A DNA stretch of 20,000 bases from an uncultured virus (IMG/VR IMGVR_UViG_3300011114_000889). Its lineage: Duplodnaviria > Heunggongvirae > Uroviricota > Caudoviricetes. The stretch's first letter is position 1, and each line of letters begins with the position of its first letter. The stretch lies in IMG/VR virus record IMGVR_UViG_3300011114_000889. One strand, written 5' to 3'. The translations under genes and the position numbers were made by a program. Under the pieces are notes generated by a model that saw only the letters and a list, made by a program, of their open reading frames with translations, made no database searches and was not told the DNA's origin. This document shows positions 16,321 through 20,000 of the stretch, piece after piece.

Positions 16321-16550
16321 GAGACCACCTCGAAGTTTAGGCGCGTTCCAAATGCGCGGTTGTTGTGGTGTAGCTTGGTCAAGGCTTCTGCCCGAGCGTG
16401 ATGCACATCACGGACAGCATCGTCCTCGGTCAGACCTTCACCAGTCCAGCCATTCAAGCTGGCCATATAGTAACGGCCGTTCAGACTCCCGTCCGATGAC
16501 ACGCCGTGTTTCACTTCAATGACTATCTTACCTTCGTTATTCAGTTTCAT
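16317..16550 (-). CDS. Hypothetical protein, weak HicB N-terminal-like pattern (77 aa)
   Basis: YYMASLNGWTGEGLTEDDAVRDV, with an A-rich leader upstream. Confidence 0.6.
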   Translation of the reverse strand: MKLNNEGKIVIEVKHGVSSDGSLNGRYYMASLNGWTGEGLTEDDAVRDVHHARAEALTKLHHNNRAFGTRLNFEVVS

Positions 16551-16585
16551 ATTTACTGATTCTTTCTTGGTTAGTGTTACTTCTC

Positions 16586-16649
16586 GTTTCCAGCCTATCG
16601 GTCAGACTTCTGACCTGCCCGCGGGCGACAGGTCAGTGGGTCTATCCGC
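16586..16649 (-). ncRNA. Structured intergenic element, copy B
   Basis: The - strand reads GCGGATAGACCCACTGACCTG-TCGCCCGCGGG-CAGGTCAGAAGTCTGACCG ATAGGCTGGAAAC. Confidence 0.55.
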
Positions 16650-16730
16650 CTAGTTGTTGCCGTGGTAAAGCTTTGGTGATGGCGTCTGATAAGCCAGCCA
16701 AATCCACAGCTTAATTCTCTCGACACTCAT
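16650..16730 (-). CDS. Micro-ORF (26 aa; not in the track)
   Basis: ATGA overlap with the 16727 stop. Translates to MSVERIKLWIWLAYQTPSPKLYHGNN and its stop abuts element B. Confidence 0.45.
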   Translation of the reverse strand: MSVERIKLWIWLAYQTPSPKLYHGNN

Positions 16731-17014
16731 CCGCACAGAACCCAAGCAAGCCCCATTGCTTTCTTGGTTACCTTGTTTCGTTGATAAGCTTCGTCGGGTG
16801 TCATCATAGCTTTCTTGATGATGCTTCGATGAATATCAGTCAATGCATACTGATACTCCAAGCCTTCCTTGCGTTGCATCGCAATCCTGCGACGCCCCGC
16901 TCGGTTGGCCATCTTGACGTTTTTCTGCCAGTCTTTTTTATTCAGTCTGCGACCATAGTAAGCTTGGCTGGCGTTGGTTACGACGTGTTTGAGATCGATG
17001 GGTCTGCCTCTCAT
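16727..17014 (-). CDS. Basic hypothetical protein (95 aa)
   Basis: SD GGAGG and an ATGA overlap at 17011-17014. Confidence 0.7.
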   Translation of the reverse strand: MRGRPIDLKHVVTNASQAYYGRRLNKKDWQKNVKMANRAGRRRIAMQRKEGLEYQYALTDIHRSIIKKAMMTPDEAYQRNKVTKKAMGLAWVLCG

Positions 17015-17361
17015 ATGTCCCTCCCTCCGCTTTGGGTGATGACCATCTTCCACCGACCCATCTTTGAGATGTAAGCTCTGCGTCTGAACAGTTGTCCCGG
17101 GGCTTCGCAGTCGTCACGATCTACATCCATCCAGCTCGCATATTCCAGCGAGTGAATGAACGTGGGGTCATAGTGGTTGGGTAGTGGCATCTCGGATTCG
17201 AAGATGTACCAGTGAGTCCAGCTATCGTCCGATGGTTCCTTGGACATATCAAATGCCCGTTTGCCAGCATATGCCGACATAGGGTGGTGGTTACGATAGC
17301 CAGTCTTAACCAGCTTGCCGTAGTACTCGATGCCGTTGAGTTGAATGTAAGCGTCGCTCAT
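17011..17361 (-). CDS. Hypothetical protein (116 aa)
   Basis: SD GGAGGT and an ATGA overlap at 17358-17361. Confidence 0.7.
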   Translation of the reverse strand: MSDAYIQLNGIEYYGKLVKTGYRNHHPMSAYAGKRAFDMSKEPSDDSWTHWYIFESEMPLPNHYDPTFIHSLEYASWMDVDRDDCEAPGQLFRRRAYISKMGRWKMVITQSGGRDI

Positions 17362-17561
17362 TTGGTTACCTCCCCATAGCCATCGCATTCCTCGCAGTGC
17401 GAGGCCATGCCGTTAGGCCAAGTGTTGTTCCAATCCAAGCCCGTGCCCTTGCAAACAGGACAGGCAGTCTTGGTAGGGTCTGCACCTTCCGCTGTGCCCG
17501 CGGCGAAAGCTCCGAACTGCTCGGGAGTCCAGCGGGTCTGGCCGTTGATCTCGCGATTCAT
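17358..17561 (-). CDS. Small CxxCxGxG (DnaJ-type) zinc-finger protein
   Basis: CPVCKGTG and CEECDGYG motifs, with SD GGAGG. Confidence 0.8.
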   Translation of the reverse strand: MNREINGQTRWTPEQFGAFAAGTAEGADPTKTACPVCKGTGLDWNNTWPNGMASHCEECDGYGEVTK

Positions 17562-17776
17562 ACGGTTTCCTCCCCGAACTCGAAGGTGAAGGTGGAGTTG
17601 CCGTGCAGGTGCTGGACGTTAATCCAGTGGTCACCACAGGTGAACCGCCGTGTCCCGCCACGGGTCAGCTCACGCAAGAACTCGCCGATGGGCGTGTTCT
17701 CGGAAGCCTCCCAGTTAAGGACGCTGACCCTGTCTTTGGCCGTGTCAACGGCCATTATCGTATTCGTGATGCTCAT
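17558..17776 (-). CDS. Hypothetical protein (72 aa)
   Basis: SD AAGGAG and an ATGA overlap downstream. Confidence 0.7.
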   Translation of the reverse strand: MSITNTIMAVDTAKDRVSVLNWEASENTPIGEFLRELTRGGTRRFTCGDHWINVQHLHGNSTFTFEFGEETV

Positions 17777-17796
17777 TGTCTTGTGTCTCCTTTTGG

Positions 17797-18048
17797 TTAT
17801 TGCGAGCGACCGCCATTGTCCAGCACATTCCTTAGTGCCGAACGCTGACCGACCCTACGCGAAATTCGTTTGTAGTCAGTAAAGCTTTCAGGACTCATCA
17901 CATTGATTGCCCCACCCGTTTTGTCCGAGTAAACCATAGCTCCCTTGACCTTGACTTCAGGATGCAGGAACGCACAGCCCTTGCACTTGGTGAAGCCTAG
18001 GTTCATACGCTCGGCCTCAATCAAATCGTCACAGATCACACACTTCAT
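17797..18048 (-). CDS. DksA/TraR-type C4 zinc-finger protein (83 aa)
   Basis: CVICDDLIEAERMNLGFTKCKGC matches CxxC-x-x-x-I-xxxR...CxxC. ATGA overlap at 18045-18048. Confidence 0.65.
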   Translation of the reverse strand: MKCVICDDLIEAERMNLGFTKCKGCAFLHPEVKVKGAMVYSDKTGGAINVMSPESFTDYKRISRRVGQRSALRNVLDNGGRSQ

Positions 18049-18521
18049 CGGGCATTCCTCAAAGGCCACAGCAACCGAACAGTCTCCAAACTGCGGGCGG
18101 GAGAACTGCCGAACCGAGCCTTGCGGATATGGAACCTGATGCCATCGCGGATGGACATATACTTGGGATTAGGCTCGATGAATAGCTTGGTCTGCTCGGG
18201 CTTGCCAACTTCCTCCATCGCACGGCGATAGGTATGGGCTTTGGGAGTAACCAGCTTGTGCTTGTAGCTTCCCTTGGAAACAAACCCAAGGGCGGTGGTA
18301 ACCTCGCCACTGACGTTGGCCTTCAGCCCGATGGTCACCCCACCGATGGTCAGCATGCGGTTGGCTGGGACATTGTCCCGACGGGGCTTTGGGATATGGG
18401 GTTTGCGTAGGTCAAGTTGAAGGTCGTCCCACCTTGCACTGCCCGACATCGGGTCGTGCACGTCCCGGGACACAGCTTGCTTGCGTAGCAAGCCGAAGTC
18501 TTGCAGGTAGGTGTCGCTCAT
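18045..18521 (-). CDS. Basic hypothetical protein (158 aa)
   Basis: ATGA overlaps on both sides. Confidence 0.65.
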   Translation of the reverse strand: MSDTYLQDFGLLRKQAVSRDVHDPMSGSARWDDLQLDLRKPHIPKPRRDNVPANRMLTIGGVTIGLKANVSGEVTTALGFVSKGSYKHKLVTPKAHTYRRAMEEVGKPEQTKLFIEPNPKYMSIRDGIRFHIRKARFGSSPARSLETVRLLWPLRNAR

Positions 18522-18691
18522 TTGCCCTGCTCCCTGTCGTAGTAGTAGTTAGCCTCCTCGATGAAGTGTTTGACGGCAAACAGAATCCAGTCCCGATAGC
18601 CAGCCTTCTCGGCTTCTCTGGTGCTGGGGTCGCTGATAAGTTTAAGTCTGTGCTTGACGCCAGACATTACGCCGTTCTGAGCATTAGTCAT
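18518..18691 (-). CDS. Hypothetical protein (57 aa; not in the track), first gene of the long early run
   Basis: SD AAAGGAG. Translates to MTNAQNGVMSGVKHRLKLISDPSTREAEKAGYRDWILFAVKHFIEEANYYYDREQGK. Confidence 0.7.
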   Translation of the reverse strand: MTNAQNGVMSGVKHRLKLISDPSTREAEKAGYRDWILFAVKHFIEEANYYYDREQGK

Positions 18692-18811
18692 TGGTTACTC
18701 CTTTGGTTGGTTGTTGCTGTCATACTCCTTATACGCTGCGGTTCCCCCTCCCCATTCGGGAACGACCCGAAAGGTAGGGGGGATGAAAGTTGGTTGTGCA
18801 ATACGTGCATC

Positions 18812-18832
18812 GAATCAAAGAATCCTTGATTC
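18812..18832. repeat. Left GAWTC array (three units, 8-bp period)
   Basis: GAATC at 18812, GAATC at 18820 and GATTC at 18828. It is an inverted copy of the array at 19382-19408. Confidence 0.7.
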
Positions 18833-18841
18833 AAAGATGCA

Positions 18842-18870
18842 TTGACGCCGTGCACGTCACGTAATAAGCT
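18842..18870 (+). promoter_or_regulatory. Sigma70-type promoter, predicted leaderless transcript
   Basis: TTGACG(18842)-17 nt-TAAGCT(18865)-6 nt-ATG(18877), with no SD. Confidence 0.6.
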
Positions 18871-18876
18871 TAGCTT

Positions 18877-19332
18877 ATGGGTAAGTCGTTGAGCATAGAC
18901 TGGAAAGCTGTCGAGAAGGATTATATCCAAGGGAAAAGTCGTAGCTTTCTTGCTGCCACATATGTGTTGAGTCTTAACACCTTGGATGCAAAGATTCGAA
19001 GAAGCGGTTGGAAAGCCAAGAAGGATGCCGTGACCCACAAGATTATACAGGCTAATACACAGGCCGTCATACAAAGTAGTGTCGATAAGCAGGCCCGATA
19101 TCTGAACAGGATTGCTAATCAAGTCGACCACAGCTTGGACGTCCTCGAAGCCGAGATGCCTGGAAGCAGAAAGGAATTGAAAGATCATATCGAAGTTCTC
19201 GAGAAGATCGATCGTATCGCCCGACCAGCTTTGGGACTCGCGACACAAAACGGTGGACAAAATGGGAAAACTGTGGTTAACTTGGCGATTCTTCGAAGCG
19301 ACGATGCACCGAAGCCGAGCATCGACATCTGA
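18877..19332 (+). CDS. Terminase small subunit-like HTH DNA-binding protein
   Basis: The N-terminal DWKAVEKDYIQGKS...LA..Y.LS..TL...IRRSGW HTH pattern is typical of TerS. It is followed by helices and a C-terminal beta-strand (TVVNLAIL). Confidence 0.65.
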   Translation: MGKSLSIDWKAVEKDYIQGKSRSFLAATYVLSLNTLDAKIRRSGWKAKKDAVTHKIIQANTQAVIQSSVDKQARYLNRIANQVDHSLDVLEAEMPGSRKELKDHIEVLEKIDRIARPALGLATQNGGQNGKTVVNLAILRSDDAPKPSIDI

Positions 19333-19381
19333 TTTGATACAAGACCTATTGTGCGACATATCAGTTAAGCTTGGTGTCATA

Positions 19382-19408
19382 GATTCTAAGATTCTAGGAT
19401 TCTTTGAT
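19382..19408. repeat. Right GAWTC array (AGATTCTA AGATTCTA GGATTCTT)
   Basis: GATTC at 19382, 19390 and 19398. Confidence 0.7.
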
Positions 19409-19410
19409 AT

Positions 19411-19448
19411 AAAAAGAGAAGGGGGGAGATTTCTCTCCCCCCTCCCCT
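19411..19448 (-). terminator. Rho-independent terminator
   Basis: The - strand reads AGGGGAGGGGGGAGA-GAAA-TCTCCCCCCTTCTCT-TTTT: a 15-bp stem (2 G-U), a GNRA loop and a U-tract, just after the stop at 19455. Confidence 0.85.
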
Positions 19449-19454
19449 AGTGGG

Positions 19455-19880
19455 TTAGGCCATCTTGAGGGCGGCCAGCACCTTGTCCTGCACATCCTGC
19501 GGTAATCCCTTGAGGGCTTCGACAACCTTCACCGCCTTGTCAGCGGGTGCGGTTTCAAGGATCGTTCTGCCGTTCTTCGGATTGGTGAAGATGCGTTTCA
19601 TCTCACGCCGTCCCGACGCTACCTCGGATTGCTCCTTGGCGAGCGTGGCTTCGCCTAGCGTGTTGAAGGAGGCTTGAGCCTTGGCGTACTCGGTCGTGAG
19701 TTGAGCACCCTTGATGTCTTGGAGGGTTCCAAAATCCTTGCGGGATGCCAGCCTTCCAGCGTCCGTCACAAGGGCTTCGCCATCCCAACGCCCGAACACT
19801 GCCTTAAGTGCCTTGCCAGATTTGGCCGTGCGACTTGGTTTGATCTCCACTTGGTTTGAGTTGATGATTGCTTTGTTCAT
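19455..19880 (-). CDS. Basic Ala/Lys-rich hypothetical protein (141 aa)
   Basis: A/C-rich leader with AAAGGA SD and its own terminator. Confidence 0.8.
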   Translation of the reverse strand: MNKAIINSNQVEIKPSRTAKSGKALKAVFGRWDGEALVTDAGRLASRKDFGTLQDIKGAQLTTEYAKAQASFNTLGEATLAKEQSEVASGRREMKRIFTNPKNGRTILETAPADKAVKVVEALKGLPQDVQDKVLAALKMA

Positions 19881-20000
19881 ATTATGTTTCCTTTGTTTTG
19901 TTTCCCCCTCCCCCCTGCCCTATCGGGCTGTGGGTTCGTTGGACAAACCCTATACGCACCCCCTCCCCCACCCCCCTTCCAGCCAGCCATAATATGGTTA

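Noticed and set aside
17358..17561. DnaJ chaperone
   Set aside because: It has only two CxxCxGxG repeats and no J-domain or HPD motif.
17797..18048. Functional TraR/DksA RNA polymerase regulator
   Set aside because: Only the C4 zinc finger is present; there is no N-terminal coiled coil with the DxxDxA tip.
18688..18723. 11-codon leader ORF MTATTNQRSNQ with AAGGAG
   Set aside because: The SD is only 1 nt from the ATG, so it is better explained as the A/C-rich leader of 18518-18691.
18688..19380. 230-aa - strand ORF
   Set aside because: It is the antisense shadow of the TerS-like gene, runs through the hairpin-rich control region and has no recognisable motif.
1..20000. CRISPR array, tRNA, integrase/transposase or stop-codon reassignment
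   Set aside because: No regularly spaced repeats, cloverleaf or recombinase motifs were seen, and genes tile densely under the standard code using all three stop codons.

Overview
This window looks like part of a tailed dsDNA bacteriophage genome; I see no host housekeeping genes, rRNA, tRNA, CRISPR array or IS element. The + strand (1-5817) holds the end of a late/virion module: the C-terminus of a large protein, a GH73 peptidoglycan hydrolase, a run of tiny Lys-rich proteins sharing MPLGK/GLG[KR] motifs, a Cys-rich HiPIP-like protein, two low-complexity proteins and a 451-aa beta-rich protein. It converges on a long, translationally coupled - strand early region (about 18700 down to 5814). 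That region carries about 30 small ORFs, an rIIA/rIIB pair, a GP88-type radical-SAM-like protein, a candidate truncated histone-fold protein and an HhH-type DNA glycosylase/lyase. A lone + strand terminase-small-subunit-like HTH gene (18877-19332) has a leaderless sigma70-type promoter and is bracketed by inverted arrays of three 8-bp-spaced GAWTC units. The most notable unexplained signals are a repeated structured intergenic element upstream of early genes, the GANTC arrays around the TerS-like gene, the GP88/histone-like/glycosylase cluster and the shared LG[KR] terminal motif. All family assignments come from motif recognition by eye, not database searches.
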